Of a stretch of 64,000 bases of DNA, positions 47,119 through 56,841 are shown piece after piece (position 1 is the stretch's first letter; each line of letters opens with the position of its first letter). The stretch comes from Candidatus Omnitrophota bacterium (lineage in GTDB: Bacteria; Omnitrophota; Gorgyraeia; Zapsychrales; Fredricksoniimonadaceae), in NCBI GenBank assembly GCA_013287965.1, contig JABDCU010000007.1, positions 440 to 64,439 on the forward strand. The letters are read 5' to 3'. The notes under the pieces were generated by a model. The model saw only the letters and a list, made by a program, of their open reading frames with translations. It was not told the origin of the DNA and ran no database searches. The translations under genes were made by a program, and so were the position numbers.

Positions 47119-48446
47119 GCGACAACCCCTGCCAAGTCATATTCATACGCGTCCGTGATCATCACCTGGACAAAATCCCCTGCTTTCAGCGGCTTTGTTG
47201 AGCGTACATACACTACGCCGTCCACATCAGGGGCATCATATTCACTGCGGCCGATGTAAGTACGCTCCACACTGTCACCCCCGAATGCTTTAATCGGGGG
47301 CCCATTCTTTTCCTCTTCTTCAATCAAAACTTTAAGAGTACGGCCCACAAAAGATTGTTGAATTTCCGCAGAAATAACTTGCTGGTCCTGCATCAACGCA
47401 TCCAGACGGGCTTTCTTGGTCTTTTCCGGGACTTGTTCCTTCATCTTGGCCGCGAGCGTCCCTTCTTCTTTCGAATAAACAAACACCCCCACACGCTCAA
47501 AACGGAAATCTTTAACAAAGCCGCGCAATTGCTCAAAATCTTCCTGTGTTTCGCCTGGAAGACCGGTAATAAAGGTCGTACGCACAAATCCCTGCGGCAT
47601 GGCCCGGCGGATCTTTTGGATCAAGTCAACTGTCCCTTGAGTGGTAATGTTACGATTTTGCTCAAGCAAGATATGGTCACTGATATGCTGTAAAGGCATG
47701 TCAATGTACTTGCAGATTTTAGGCTCTTTAGCTATCACTTCGATCAATTCGTCCGTCACATGCGAAGGAAAGGCGTACAATAAACGTATCCACTCAATAT
47801 TCTTAATGACCTTAACGAGCTCTTTTAAAAGACGCGCCAAGGATTTCTCGCGATAAACATCCATGCCATAGGCGGTGATGTCCTGGCCGATGATATTAAT
47901 TTCTTTAACGCCTTGAGCGTCTAATGCCTTGACCTCTTTGACAACGGATTCAATGGTGCGTGAGATGAATTTACCCTTTATTTTGGGTATGGCGCAAAAG
48001 GAACACGCGTTAAAACAGCTTTCACAAATTTTAACATAGGCAAAATGTTTGGGAGTCAACTGGAGCTGCTGGGGCATCTCATCGCGGTTAAGCGTGGGTG
48101 TGCCCACAAAAGCATCCACCCCGGGAAATTCACGGGCCAAATCCTTGCCATAGCGCTGGGCTAAGCATCCGGCAACGATCACTTTTTTGATCTTGCCTTG
48201 TTTTTTAAGTTCAATAAGGTCCAGGATGGTATCAATGGATTCTTTGCGCGCTTCTTCGATAAAGGAGCAGGTGTTGACGATCACTGTCTGCGCTTGGGGT
48301 AAATCTACAATACGATGGCCGTTTTTCTTGAGACGTCCCAGTATCATCTGCGCATCCACTAAATTGCGCGCGCAACCTAAATTAATAACGCCGACCTTCT
48401 GGCCGGCGCTCAAGCGCTCCTTCTGAAAATCAACCGTCGTTTTCAC
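47115..48446 (-). CDS. rimO: Ribosomal protein S12 methylthiotransferase (radical SAM MTTase)
   Basis: N-terminal LGCARN, radical SAM CSFCAIP, and a C-terminal TRAM domain. Assigning RimO rather than MiaB rests on the layout and the pgsA context. Confidence 0.8.
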   Translation of the reverse strand: MKTTVDFQKERLSAGQKVGVINLGCARNLVDAQMILGRLKKNGHRIVDLPQAQTVIVNTCSFIEEARKESIDTILDLIELKKQGKIKKVIVAGCLAQRYGKDLAREFPGVDAFVGTPTLNRDEMPQQLQLTPKHFAYVKICESCFNACSFCAIPKIKGKFISRTIESVVKEVKALDAQGVKEINIIGQDITAYGMDVYREKSLARLLKELVKVIKNIEWIRLLYAFPSHVTDELIEVIAKEPKICKYIDMPLQHISDHILLEQNRNITTQGTVDLIQKIRRAMPQGFVRTTFITGLPGETQEDFEQLRGFVKDFRFERVGVFVYSKEEGTLAAKMKEQVPEKTKKARLDALMQDQQVISAEIQQSFVGRTLKVLIEEEEKNGPPIKAFGGDSVERTYIGRSEYDAPDVDGVVYVRSTKPLKAGDFVQVMITDAYEYDLAGVVA

Positions 48447-49267
48447 CGCTTCACCGTCAATCCTTCCTGGGTGACCAGCACTCTCTTGATCTTGCGCTCG
48501 CCGCCGCCCAAAGAACCGATATGCTTGCCATTGACTTCCATGTCCAACTGTTCAATGTCACGTCCGGACAATTCAATACGGTCATCCGCGCTCCAGCTTT
48601 CCATGGAGCCTTTGCTTAAGGTCATTTGAAAGACCACATTGCCATCCGCCTTGACCTGTATCCAGGTGCTTTTAATGGCCCTGACCGCGACCTCTACCCT
48701 GTTGTCCTGGCTTGGGGCCTGGACAACTTCGTGTTTGGTTTTTTGCGGAACAAATGTGCTCTTTGTTTCCTCAACGTCATTATAAATTTTAACTTTCTTC
48801 TCCGCTTTTTTATTTATATGCGAGGCAATGCACCCCGCCATCTTGAAAAACAAAAGAAACAATAGTAAAAACCCAAAGGCTTTAAAGACTAATTTGAGGG
48901 TCTTAGGTTTAAAAACAAACGCAAACGAATCTTGTACCTGTTCTAAAAATATGTTGGGCTGCGGCTGGGCCAGCTTTCGGTTGGCCTTAACTGATACCGT
49001 CGCGGAAGACGTGGGCTTAGGGGCCTGATCAAGGCCATATTGCTTATACATTTCCCCTGCATCCAAACCTAAGAATTCTGCGTAGATCTTGATAAAGCCG
49101 CGGTAATAAAAAGGCGACAAGATACGCACAGAATAGCCTTCTTCAATGGCCCGAAGGGCATCCATGGGGATCTTGGTGGCCTCGTGCACGATCTCCAAAG
49201 TAAGCCCCTTGGCTTCGCGCGTGCTTTTTAAAATAGAAGGCTTACTGTTGTTGTCCGTCGCTGACAT
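48443..49267 (-). CDS. rodZ: RodZ-like HTH / DUF4115 cytoskeletal protein
   Basis: N-terminal HTH (LKSTREAKGLTLEIVHEATKIPMDALRAIEEG), one TM segment, and a C-terminal beta domain (WIQVKADGNVVFQ). Confidence 0.7.
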   Translation of the reverse strand: MSATDNNSKPSILKSTREAKGLTLEIVHEATKIPMDALRAIEEGYSVRILSPFYYRGFIKIYAEFLGLDAGEMYKQYGLDQAPKPTSSATVSVKANRKLAQPQPNIFLEQVQDSFAFVFKPKTLKLVFKAFGFLLLFLLFFKMAGCIASHINKKAEKKVKIYNDVEETKSTFVPQKTKHEVVQAPSQDNRVEVAVRAIKSTWIQVKADGNVVFQMTLSKGSMESWSADDRIELSGRDIEQLDMEVNGKHIGSLGGGERKIKRVLVTQEGLTVKR

Positions 49268-51479
49268 TCGTTTTTACTTCCCCCATGTTCTCTAAAAGCC
49301 ATTTTTCGCGGTCCACTAAAATGTCCCTGGCCTTGCTGCCCGCGTAGGGCCCAACCAGGCCGTTTTGTTCCATCATATCAATTAAACGCGCGGCCCGAGA
49401 ATACCCCAAACGCAGGCGTCGCTGCAAGATCGTCACTGAGGCCTGATTGGTTTCAACCACCACCCTTACTGCCTCATCATACATTTCATCTTTTTCATCC
49501 ATGCCGCCCATACCGGCCGCGGCCACGGGCTTAAGGACGCTTTCATTATACTCCGGTTGGCCTTGTTTTTTGATAAAATCAATGACCCGGTTGATCTCCT
49601 CATCAGACACAAAGCAGCATTGCCCGCGTATCGGCTTGGGGTCACCGGTTTTCATAAAAAGAAAATCCCCTTTACCGAGCAAGGTCTCAGCACCATTGGT
49701 ATCCAGTACAGTGCGTGAATCGACCTTGGAGGCGACTTTAAAAGAGATGCGGGAAGAAAAATTGGCCTTGATAACACCGGTGATGACATCCACCGACGGA
49801 CGCTGGGTGGCCAGGATCAAATGGATACCGGCCGCGCGCGCCAATTGCGCCAGGCGGGCAATGGCCCCTTCGACTGTTTTGGCAGAGACCTGCATCAGGT
49901 CCGCCAGTTCATCCAGCACAACAACAATGTAGGGCATCAGAAGGCCTTTTTCATGATAACCTTTGATATTACGCACGCCTTCCTTATTGAATGCTTTATA
50001 ACGGGACTCCATTTCCATCACCACCCAATTCAGCGCTGGTGCGGCTTTTTTAGCATCGGTAACGACAGGGCAAAGCAAGTGCGGAAGGTCATTATAGGGG
50101 ACCAGCTCCACCATCTTGGTGTCGATCATGATGAACTTGACTTCCGACGGTGAAGCATTAAAAAGAATGGATATGATCAAATTGTTCAAACAAACGGTTT
50201 TGCCTGAACCTGTTGTCCCCGCTATCAGCAAATGCGGCATATCTGACAGGTCCGCGATCAGGGGTTTACCGGACGTATCTTTACCGATGGCCAGGTCTAA
50301 TTTTGAACCGGTACCGCGCGCATGCCTCTGGACCAGGACGTCCTTTAAAAATACCGCGGCTGAAGCACCATTAGGCACTTCAATACCAACCCTGTTTTTG
50401 CCGGGAATAGGGGCCAAAATACGCACGGCCGACGCGCTTAAAGCAAGTGCCAGGTCATCAGCCAAACTGGAAATGCTCTGGATCTTGACACCGGGAGCCG
50501 GCTGCAATTCATAACGGGTGATCACTGGTCCCCGCTCAATATCCACCACCTTGACATTGACCCCGAAATCGCTCAGGGTCTCTTCCAGGATCTTGGCCCC
50601 GCTCATGAGCCTCTCCTGGATCTTGTCATCTGAGACGATGGGTGGGTCTTTAAGCAAATCGACACTAGGCAGACTATAAACCTTGTCAACCCCGGGGGTT
50701 GACAAACTCGCATTAACAACCTTGGCCGCGTCAGGAGCGGCTTGTGTTTTAGGCGCGTCAACGATCTTTATGTTGGGCCTAACCTTGTCAACCCCGGGGG
50801 TTGACGGGGTCACAGGTGGCGGCACCGCAGTTTTTGGAAGCACCGTGCTTTTAAATTTCTCATTTTTCTTTTCGTCTTTGATTTCTTTTTGGCTGAAATT
50901 AGGACGAGCAATGGCTGGCATGGGCACGCCTTTAACAACCCTTTGAAAAGCCTGCATAATGCCCTGCCCCAGCCATACAAAAAAAGGCGAAACTAAAAAT
51001 TCACCCGTCACCACCAGGGCCAAAGCGCCCAGGGTAAGCAGGATGATCAAGGCCCCCAAGGGCTGAAAATACCCCACCAAAAAACCGCTAAAAACAACAC
51101 CGATGATCCCGCCGCTTGTAAAACGCGAGCCCCCCTTGTCCCCGGCAAAAAAACTGAACAAGCCGGCAGCCACGGTAAATAAGATCAGGATGCTTAAGAA
51201 TTTAAAAAAATTAAAGGGCAGGTCGCGGGAGGTGAATTTGTTCCAGCTGAAAAATACGCCGATACCCACCAAAAAATAAGCGCTGAAGCCGACCATAAAA
51301 AAAAGAATGCCGGCACCATAAGCACCGGCAATCCCGATCCAATTATGCGCGCGTAAGTTCGGGTTGGAAGTAAACCAGGAAAGGTCCGTCGGTGTGAAAG
51401 ATACAAGGCTGGCCAAAAGAATGAGGCTTAAGGCCAGAATCACAATGCCCTTGATCTCATTGAGATGTTCAAGCTTCAT
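49242..51479 (-). CDS. ftsK: DNA translocase FtsK
   Basis: N-terminal TM segments, a Pro/Thr linker, motor-domain Walker A AGTTGSGKT, and a gamma winged helix (SVTILQRRLRLGYSRAARLID). Confidence 0.9.
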   Translation of the reverse strand: MKLEHLNEIKGIVILALSLILLASLVSFTPTDLSWFTSNPNLRAHNWIGIAGAYGAGILFFMVGFSAYFLVGIGVFFSWNKFTSRDLPFNFFKFLSILILFTVAAGLFSFFAGDKGGSRFTSGGIIGVVFSGFLVGYFQPLGALIILLTLGALALVVTGEFLVSPFFVWLGQGIMQAFQRVVKGVPMPAIARPNFSQKEIKDEKKNEKFKSTVLPKTAVPPPVTPSTPGVDKVRPNIKIVDAPKTQAAPDAAKVVNASLSTPGVDKVYSLPSVDLLKDPPIVSDDKIQERLMSGAKILEETLSDFGVNVKVVDIERGPVITRYELQPAPGVKIQSISSLADDLALALSASAVRILAPIPGKNRVGIEVPNGASAAVFLKDVLVQRHARGTGSKLDLAIGKDTSGKPLIADLSDMPHLLIAGTTGSGKTVCLNNLIISILFNASPSEVKFIMIDTKMVELVPYNDLPHLLCPVVTDAKKAAPALNWVVMEMESRYKAFNKEGVRNIKGYHEKGLLMPYIVVVLDELADLMQVSAKTVEGAIARLAQLARAAGIHLILATQRPSVDVITGVIKANFSSRISFKVASKVDSRTVLDTNGAETLLGKGDFLFMKTGDPKPIRGQCCFVSDEEINRVIDFIKKQGQPEYNESVLKPVAAAGMGGMDEKDEMYDEAVRVVVETNQASVTILQRRLRLGYSRAARLIDMMEQNGLVGPYAGSKARDILVDREKWLLENMGEVKTNVSDGQQQ

Positions 51480-51498
51480 CCTGGTCCTTAGGGGTTCT

Positions 51499-53610
51499 TT
51501 AAGCTGCTTCAGCTTGTTTCTTGCTCAGGTTAAAACGGCCCATCTCATCTTTTTCCATGAGCTTGACTTTAAATTTATCGCCGACCTTGATGACTTCGTT
51601 AACATCCTTAACGAACTTGTTGGCCAGTTCGGAAACATGGACCAACCCTTCACGTCCGGGGATGAACTCAACAAAAGCACCGAAATTCATGATACGCTTG
51701 ACGGTCGCTTCATAAATTTTACCAACCTCCGGCTCTTCGGTCAAAGCTTTTATCATGCCAATCGCTTTTTCCAGGGCATCTTTATCAGGAGACGCCACGA
51801 TCACCTTGCCGTCTTCTTCGATATCAATGGAGGTAACTCCGCTTTCTTCGATCATCCTGCGGATGTTCTTGCCGCCGGGCCCTATGATCTCGCCGATCTT
51901 GTCCTGCGGGATCTGCAGGGTCATGATGCGCGGCGCATACGGTGATAGATCAGGACGCACAGAAGGCATGACAGCATGCATTTTATCTAAAATGATCATA
52001 CGGGCTTCACGGGCCTGGGCAACGGCCTTTTCAATAAGCTCCATGGATAATTGCTTGATCTTAAGGTCTAACTGGATGGCATTAACGCCCTCACGGGAAC
52101 CTGCCACCTTGAAATCCATGTCCCCGAAATGGTCTTCCAGGCCCATGATATCCGTGATCAGGACTGTCCTCTTCTCATCAGATATAAGTCCGACGGAAAT
52201 ACCTGCCACCGGCGCTTTGATGGGAACACCGGCATCCATCAAGGCCAAACATCCGGCGCACACAGAGGCCATGGATGAAGAACCATTGGATTCCAGGATC
52301 TCTGAAACGACACGGATGGTATAAGGAAAATCATTTTTGGTGGGAAGTACTGCTGCAATGGCCTTTTTAGCCAGGGCGCCATGACCGATCTCACGACGGC
52401 CGGGGCCGCGCATGGGCTTGGTTTCACCGACGCTAAAAGAAGGGAAATTATAATGCAGCATAAAGGTCTTATACGTTGTTTCTTCCAGACCTTCCACTAA
52501 TTGCTCATCGTCCTTGGTGCCGAGCGTGACAATGCCCAGACTTTGGGTTTGCCCGCGGGTGAACAAGGCTGAACCATGGGTGCGCGGCAGCACACTGACT
52601 TCACAGTCAAGCTGACGGATATCTTTTAAACCACGGCCGTCAGCACGGATACCTTTATCAAAAACATTGTTGCGGATAACTTCATATTGCAACACTTCAA
52701 ATTGGGCAGCCACATCAGAAGTGCCGATCTCATGTTTCTCGGTGTTAAATTGAGCGTAGGCGCTTAAATCCCCAGCCAATTTTTCATGCACCGCGTTGAC
52801 CGCGTCTTCACGCTTTTGCTTGTCCGCAATTTTTGTATACGCATCATTCAAAGGGCCCAAGGCCAATTGGCGCACATGCGCGGCAAAAGCAGGGTTAACT
52901 TCTTTGACCTGCATCTGTGTTTTAGCTTTTCCAATTTCTTTGGCTAATTTGACCTGGGCATCTTTGGACGCCTGCAAGTCTTTCAAAGCCAATTTCAAAC
53001 CTTCCAGGACTTTTGCTTCAGGGACTTCATTAGCTTCGCCTTCGATCATGACGATGCCGCTGCCCCAGCCCGCAACCACCAGGTCCATGGTATTTTTCTC
53101 ACGACGTTCCGCGAAGGTAGGATTAGCTGCCAACTCTCCATCGATCAAGCATACTCTGGTCACGCCGATAGGACCGTCATAAGGAATGTCGGAGATCATC
53201 AACGCTGCTGAAGCCCCGATCATGGCCAAAATATCCGGGTCATTTTCTCCGTCGTGGCTGAGCACTGAAGCAACGATCTGCACTTCATTAAGACAGCCGG
53301 CCGGAAATAACGGACGCACCGAGCGGTCGATCAAACGGGAGACTAAAATTTCGCGCTCCGTTGAACGGCCTTCACGCTTAAAGAAACCGCCCGGGATCCT
53401 GCCTGCGGAATAAGTTTTTTCCTGGTACTCAACCGTTAGAGGGAAAAAATCCATTCCCTCTCTTGGTTTCTTGGCCATACAGGCAGTGACCAAAACAACG
53501 GTCCCGCCCGCCGAGACGGTGACAGCCCCGTTGGCTTGTTTAGCAATTTTACCTGATTCAATGATTAGATTGGAAGATCCAAAAGGAATTTCCACACGCG
53601 CTTGTGCCAT
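51499..53610 (-). CDS. pnp: Polyribonucleotide nucleotidyltransferase (PNPase)
   Basis: Two RNase PH domains plus KH and S1 domains (GKIYEATVKRIMNFGAFVEF). Confidence 0.95.
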   Translation of the reverse strand: MAQARVEIPFGSSNLIIESGKIAKQANGAVTVSAGGTVVLVTACMAKKPREGMDFFPLTVEYQEKTYSAGRIPGGFFKREGRSTEREILVSRLIDRSVRPLFPAGCLNEVQIVASVLSHDGENDPDILAMIGASAALMISDIPYDGPIGVTRVCLIDGELAANPTFAERREKNTMDLVVAGWGSGIVMIEGEANEVPEAKVLEGLKLALKDLQASKDAQVKLAKEIGKAKTQMQVKEVNPAFAAHVRQLALGPLNDAYTKIADKQKREDAVNAVHEKLAGDLSAYAQFNTEKHEIGTSDVAAQFEVLQYEVIRNNVFDKGIRADGRGLKDIRQLDCEVSVLPRTHGSALFTRGQTQSLGIVTLGTKDDEQLVEGLEETTYKTFMLHYNFPSFSVGETKPMRGPGRREIGHGALAKKAIAAVLPTKNDFPYTIRVVSEILESNGSSSMASVCAGCLALMDAGVPIKAPVAGISVGLISDEKRTVLITDIMGLEDHFGDMDFKVAGSREGVNAIQLDLKIKQLSMELIEKAVAQAREARMIILDKMHAVMPSVRPDLSPYAPRIMTLQIPQDKIGEIIGPGGKNIRRMIEESGVTSIDIEEDGKVIVASPDKDALEKAIGMIKALTEEPEVGKIYEATVKRIMNFGAFVEFIPGREGLVHVSELANKFVKDVNEVIKVGDKFKVKLMEKDEMGRFNLSKKQAEAA

Positions 53611-53639
53611 TTTAAGACCCTTTCTTGTGCCCGAATGGA

Positions 53640-53909
53640 TTACTTGCGTAAATCGAGCTTGTTAATAGTTTCTTCGTATTTTTTGGGATCTTGCTTTTGG
53701 AGATAATCCAAAAGACGGCGGCGCCGGCCGATGAGCATTAACATGCCACGGCGGGAGTGGTTATCCTTCTTGTGGGTCTTAAAATGCTCGTTGAGTTGAT
53801 TGATCTGTTCCGTCAAGACGGCGACCTGGACCGGCGCTGAACCGGTGTCCTTCGCGTGGGTCTTGAAACGGTTGATGACCTCTGTTTTCTTTTCTTTGAC
53901 AATAGCCAA
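53640..53909 (-). CDS. rpsO: 30S ribosomal protein S15
   Basis: 89 aa with [35 protein letters not shown]. Confidence 0.95.
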   Translation of the reverse strand: [89 protein letters not shown]

Positions 53910-54011
53910 CTGACTTCTCCTTTGTTTTTACCTTACCTTTTAGAAGGTGAAATTATACCTGCGTGGAGGTCTCAAGTCAAGCGAAATGAAGCGATAGGGC
54001 CTTTGTGAAAC

Positions 54012-54425
54012 CTACTGCTTCGAATTATCAGGGAATATGGACATAATGCGCACCTTCCCCTGCCGGGAGATCAAAAGTTTAGGGTCTTTTGACTTTGCAA
54101 CTGCCTGGGCAATGGCCTCTTGCAATTGCTCTGAAGAGATCTTATGGGCCATCTGAAGATCAAACTGCGCCCGGGTCTCATAAAAATCCCGCAAAGCACC
54201 CGCCACCCCATTTTCAACGCTCAGGACATATAATTTATGCAGGGCAGCATCAGATAATCCTTTTTGACTGACTTTCGGCGGTACAGCAACGGGGTTTTTT
54301 GACTCCAGATATGACTGAAAGGAGGCATATTTATGCCCGTTGGCATAAATTTCTATCGGGGCCCCTCGGGCCTGTGTTCCCTGGGCAAGGACCGCCCATA
54401 AAAGCAAAAACAATATTCTCTTCAT
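54012..54425 (-). CDS. Small secreted protein, function unknown
   Basis: Signal peptide MKRILFLLLWAVLAQGTQA. I trimmed the start from the track ORF. Confidence 0.5.
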   Translation of the reverse strand: MKRILFLLLWAVLAQGTQARGAPIEIYANGHKYASFQSYLESKNPVAVPPKVSQKGLSDAALHKLYVLSVENGVAGALRDFYETRAQFDLQMAHKISSEQLQEAIAQAVAKSKDPKLLISRQGKVRIMSIFPDNSKQ

Positions 54426-54450
54426 AAGTGTTTTATTATATACTATCCGC

Positions 54451-54675
54451 ATGAACATGGGAATCATCATTGTTATCGCCATTGCCGGACTCTGGGCTTT
54501 GAGCATTTTTTTTGGGATCATCGGAGGGCTGTCCAAGACCTTCACGCATACCCCTGCAAGCCTGGATTCTTCCTCGATCAAGTCCCAAGAGCAGAAAACC
54601 ATTGAAGACACCAAGGATAAGCAGCAGAAATTGATGGACGATATAAAGCAGAAAATGGAAGACTCGGGGCATTAA
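54451..54675 (+). CDS. Small membrane protein with a charged C-terminal tail
   Basis: One TM segment (GIIIVIAIAGLWALSIFFGIIGG) followed by a K/D/E-rich helix. Confidence 0.4.
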   Translation: MNMGIIIVIAIAGLWALSIFFGIIGGLSKTFTHTPASLDSSSIKSQEQKTIEDTKDKQQKLMDDIKQKMEDSGH

Positions 54676-54721
54676 AAAAACCGGGACACAAAATTCCCTA
54701 TTTCTTGCTCGGCAACCCTTA

Positions 54722-54901
54722 TCAAAATTTAATTTGACTGTTGAGGTTGTTGAGCTGATTGACAATGCTGTTAAGGCTGGCATTGATGGCGCCGGGCATA
54801 GGGCCGCCTGAACTGGCCGTAAAGAAATAAATGCAGACTAAAAGGACCGCGGTCACAAGCAATACATACTCCACCATGTTCTGTCCCTTGGAATTCCTCA
54901 T
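54722..54901 (-). CDS. Flp-family type IVb pilin-like protein (59 aa)
   Basis: Below the track cut-off. MRNSKG/QNMVEYVLLVTAVLLV fits the G/xxxxEY prepilin motif with a hydrophobic helix. Confidence 0.5.
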   Translation of the reverse strand: MRNSKGQNMVEYVLLVTAVLLVCIYFFTASSGGPMPGAINASLNSIVNQLNNLNSQIKF

Positions 54902-54918
54902 AATATAAGTATAGCATT

Positions 54919-54972
54919 AAAACCGGGACACATTGACTTTTTGTCTTTAGAAAGTCAATGTGTCCCGGTTTT
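54919..54972. terminator. Hairpin repeat (ccgggacacattgac family), copy B; probable bidirectional terminator
   Basis: A 22-bp perfect stem AAAACCGGGACACATTGACTTT / AAAGTCAATGTGTCCCGGTTTT. The right arm supplies the last codons (KTGTH*) of 54955..55395. Confidence 0.6.
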
Positions 54973-55395
54973 ATACACCTTGTCCCCTACAGCAACGAGC
55001 TTATCTACTTTTAACCCAATAACCTGACCTTTCTTCGCCACCTTCACATCTTCACTTTCAATCTGCATCGACCACACCTTTTGCACAAACTTTGTCTTGG
55101 GCCCGAGGATCGTCAATTTGTCGCCAATCAGGACGGTGCCTTGGGTCAATTTGACCACACAGACCTTAATACGGTCAAAATAATGCGTAATGGCCCCCAC
55201 CTGCGCTAATGCTGGGTCGACCGCAGCCGGAGCTTTAGGTTTTTTAACTGCCTTAACCGTTTTTATAACGGAAGCTGCCTTCTTGGCAACCTTCTTTTTA
55301 ACGGGAGATTTTTTGACAGCGGCAGACTTACGTTTCTTGGGCGAGGGCTTGATCCAAAACACCTCTTTGAGAACGTCAACGATTTTACGGATCAT
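54955..55395 (-). CDS. Lys-rich N-terminus plus an EF-Tu-domain-2-like beta-barrel protein
   Basis: The K/A/P-rich first 60 aa are followed by GTVLIGDKLTILG...VWSMQIESEDVKVAKKGQVIGLKV, which resembles a translation-factor domain II barrel. Confidence 0.5.
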   Translation of the reverse strand: MIRKIVDVLKEVFWIKPSPKKRKSAAVKKSPVKKKVAKKAASVIKTVKAVKKPKAPAAVDPALAQVGAITHYFDRIKVCVVKLTQGTVLIGDKLTILGPKTKFVQKVWSMQIESEDVKVAKKGQVIGLKVDKLVAVGDKVYKTGTH

Positions 55396-55718
55396 ATGGT
55401 GATTTTTTTAGCGATCTGGGCAATGACCGGCAATTCGACAAATTGGCCGCGGATGGCCACGACCATTCCCCAAAATGAAAATCCGAAAAGGATAAAAAGG
55501 AAAGGCCTTAAAGACCAGGGAAAAACAATGCTTACAACCAGGGCCGCGACCTCGCCGACAAAAAGCACCAGCCCTTGGCGGCCGTGGCTCAAAACAAAAG
55601 CATTATTTTTTTTGACGATCAAAGGGACAATGCAAAAGATGGACAGGTAGGCCAACACCGCGTACATTTTTCCGTCGAGAACGTCCGCCTTGGAAAAGCT
55701 GCCTTCAGGGGGCATCAA
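55392..55718 (-). CDS. Small membrane protein (DUF4870-like)
   Basis: YAVLAYLSIFCIVPLIVKKNNAFVLSHGRQGLVLF pattern. Confidence 0.5.
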   Translation of the reverse strand: MMPPEGSFSKADVLDGKMYAVLAYLSIFCIVPLIVKKNNAFVLSHGRQGLVLFVGEVAALVVSIVFPWSLRPFLFILFGFSFWGMVVAIRGQFVELPVIAQIAKKITI

Positions 55719-56827
55719 GCCTTGACCTCAATCAAAGAATTAATATCTCCGAAAGAATTGCGTTCTATGCTTGCGTTAGCAGGGTCTTCCTGCCATTTAC
55801 CGTCAACGATAAATTGGTATTTATAAATGCCTGGCTTTAAATCGACCTTCAAGGTCCAAACGCCGTCGCTTTGGGACATGCGGCAATTTTCATCAAGCGA
55901 CCAGTCATTAAAGGACCCCGTCACATAAACGGACTTGGCCTCAGGGGCCTTTAAGACAAAAGCTGTCGATCCCAGGAATTCCCTGGTTTCTTTTTGGATC
56001 AGCTCCTGCATGCGCTCTGAAGGCTCATAGGACGGCTCGGCTGGGGCAGCGGCAGCAGGGGCCTGCAAAGGAACTTGCGCGAAAAGGATCTCGCGGGCCA
56101 GGCTCATATAATCTTTGGAGCCCCGGCAATATTTATCATATTTGAGGACCGCCTCACCCATGACCGCGGCTTCTTTGAGCTTAACATTGGTATGCACGAT
56201 GGTGTCAAAAAGCATGCCGGTAAATTTCTCTTTCATTTTACCGAGCATGGTAAAAGAATGGCGCAGACGCGAGTCAAACATGGTGATCAGCACTTTAGCA
56301 CTGACAGGATGGTTGAGCCGCTCACGGATCAAATTAGCGATGTCCATCAGGTGGTCAACACCCTGCATGGAAAAACGGCTGGTCTCAACGGGTATAATGA
56401 GCTCGTCGCTGGCACGGATGGCGTTGACGGTCAGGAACCCTAAGCTTGGCGGGCAATCGATCAGGATATAATCATAACGGTCTTTGATCTCACTGATGAC
56501 CTCGACAAGTTTAAGCTCACGGCCGATCTCATCCGCCAATTCCTGCTCGAGCGTGCCGACTAAAACGTTGGATGGGACAATGTCAAAATTCTTGCTAACT
56601 TTCCGGATAATGTCCTTGATCTTCAATTTATGGGGGGTCAGCTTGGAAATGCAGTTATAAAGGCTGTTCTGGTCATCCACGTTAAGTCCCAGGGTCGCGT
56701 GCGCCTGGGGGTCTAAGTCGATCAACAGCGTCTTTTGACTGTTGGCCCCGAGTGTCGAGGCCAAATTGATCGCCGTCGTGGTTTTACCGCACCCGCCTTT
56801 TTGGTTCGCGATTGAAATGATTTTCAT
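55715..56827 (-). CDS. ParA/Soj-type ATPase fused to a C-terminal CBM48 (AMPK-beta glycogen-binding-like) domain
   Basis: Deviant Walker A NQKGGCGKTT. The C-terminus (VYVTGSFNDWSLDE...GIYKYQFIVDGKWQEDP) matches the AMPK1_CBM pattern. Confidence 0.8.
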   Translation of the reverse strand: MKIISIANQKGGCGKTTTAINLASTLGANSQKTLLIDLDPQAHATLGLNVDDQNSLYNCISKLTPHKLKIKDIIRKVSKNFDIVPSNVLVGTLEQELADEIGRELKLVEVISEIKDRYDYILIDCPPSLGFLTVNAIRASDELIIPVETSRFSMQGVDHLMDIANLIRERLNHPVSAKVLITMFDSRLRHSFTMLGKMKEKFTGMLFDTIVHTNVKLKEAAVMGEAVLKYDKYCRGSKDYMSLAREILFAQVPLQAPAAAAPAEPSYEPSERMQELIQKETREFLGSTAFVLKAPEAKSVYVTGSFNDWSLDENCRMSQSDGVWTLKVDLKPGIYKYQFIVDGKWQEDPANASIERNSFGDINSLIEVKA

Positions 56828-56841
56828 AAAGACATTTCTCC

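Noticed and set aside
54436-54783. A 115-aa minus-strand ORF spanning the region between the small membrane-protein gene and the pilin-like gene.
   Set aside because: It overlaps the plus-strand gene 54451..54675 antisense and has no RBS. A compact 59-aa Flp-like ORF in another frame better explains the locus.
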